This document shows positions 63,337 to 63,936 of a stretch of 63,936 nucleotides of DNA, one piece after another (positions within the stretch are counted from its first letter, which is position 1; every line of letters begins with the position of its first letter). Where the stretch lies: positions 1 through 63,936 of the IMG/VR virus record IMGVR_UViG_3300042541_000539; one strand, 5' to 3'. The position numbers and the translations under genes are program-made. This DNA comes from a virus. Its lineage: Duplodnaviria > Caudoviricetes. The notes under the pieces were generated by a model. The model did no database searches, had not been told where the DNA came from, and worked only from the letters and a program-made list of their open reading frames with translations.

Positions 63337-63533
63337 ACTCCGTGATCTTCGACGACCTCGACAGCAAAGGTGTATAGCAAATCTTCAAATTCATTGAACC
63401 TATTAATTTGCAAAGATGTTAATTTGGATTCGCGGATTTTAAAGTCAGTCCATAATCTGTCAGAGATTTTGTCAATGCCTTCATATACCGCTAACTTAAT
63501 TAGGTTTAATTCTTTATCGCTTAGTGTTCTCAT
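63312..63533 (-). CDS. hypothetical protein
   Basis: 73-aa ORF. Confidence 0.65.
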   Translation of the reverse strand: MRTLSDKELNLIKLAVYEGIDKISDRLWTDFKIRESKLTSLQINRFNEFEDLLYTFAVEVVEDHGVLQSEYDA

Positions 63534-63681
63534 ATACTTTAATTTCTAAACTATTATTAAATACTCTATCGTAGGCTTTAGCCATCTTATCGTTATCCGC
63601 ATAGTGTACGGTTTTTACTGTGTCACGCATCCATACTTCGAATGCCAATGCTTCCTGAAATGCTAATTGTTCTTTTGTCAT
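63514..63681 (-). CDS. 55-aa hypothetical protein (not in the ORF track)
   Basis: MTKEQLAFQEALAFEVWMRDTVK...; fills the gap. Confidence 0.6.
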   Translation of the reverse strand: MTKEQLAFQEALAFEVWMRDTVKTVHYADNDKMAKAYDRVFNNSLEIKVYENTKR

Positions 63682-63687
63682 AATTAT

Positions 63688-63921
63688 TTATATGATTTCT
63701 ATTAATTCACCGTTTTCTAATATTCTAACCGTTAATGTATTGCTTTCGCATGAAGTCCAACCATGCCCAAAGGTCTTACCAATTGCCACACAATTGTCAC
63801 CATATCTTAGAACTATTTCGCCACATTGCTGGCCGCCCATTACAACAGCAATTTGGCCATCTTTTAATTTACCAATTGTGGTGAAATTTTTACTATTGCT
63901 TTCTATTAATCTTACTCCCAT
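63688..63921 (-). CDS. hypothetical protein
   Basis: 77-aa ORF. Confidence 0.7.
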   Translation of the reverse strand: MGVRLIESNSKNFTTIGKLKDGQIAVVMGGQQCGEIVLRYGDNCVAIGKTFGHGWTSCESNTLTVRILENGELIEII

Positions 63922-63936
63922 GTTACTTTTGTTTTT

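Noticed and set aside
1-63936. Stop-codon reassignment as in some crAss-like phages
   Set aside because: Long genes are intact in the standard code, and TAA, TAG and TGA all end tightly packed genes

Overview
The window appears to be a complete, circularly closing ~64 kb genome of an AT-rich lytic podovirus-like phage, most likely infecting Bacteroidota/Flavobacteria (AT-rich leaders with no obvious Shine-Dalgarno, crAss/Cellulophaga-phage-like virion module, GroEL/GroES). The + arm (4550-45227) carries small basic proteins, fibre genes, a lysis cassette, chaperonins, terminase, portal, scaffold, capsid, tail proteins and three putative ejection proteins, including a 2538-aa polyvalent protein. 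The - arm (45326-63936, continuing through 1-3964) carries nucleotide metabolism, primase-helicase, SSB/exonuclease/ERF, a sigma factor and many small early genes. I found no DNA polymerase, RNA polymerase or integrase. The main leads are: (1) eleven copies of a rigid tripartite early promoter unlike the Bacteroidota consensus, together with a sigma-region-2-like segment inside the giant virion protein; (2) a ThyA homologue with the Asn-to-Asp change that switches specificity to dCMP, suggesting cytosine modification; (3) a cluster of pseudoknotted non-coding RNAs punctuated by aberrant tRNA-like elements, plus a related RNA elsewhere; (4) two further repeated cis-motifs; (5) an endonuclease cassette that appears to have replaced the primase-helicase 3' end. 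All calls come from reading motifs by eye; no database searches were run.
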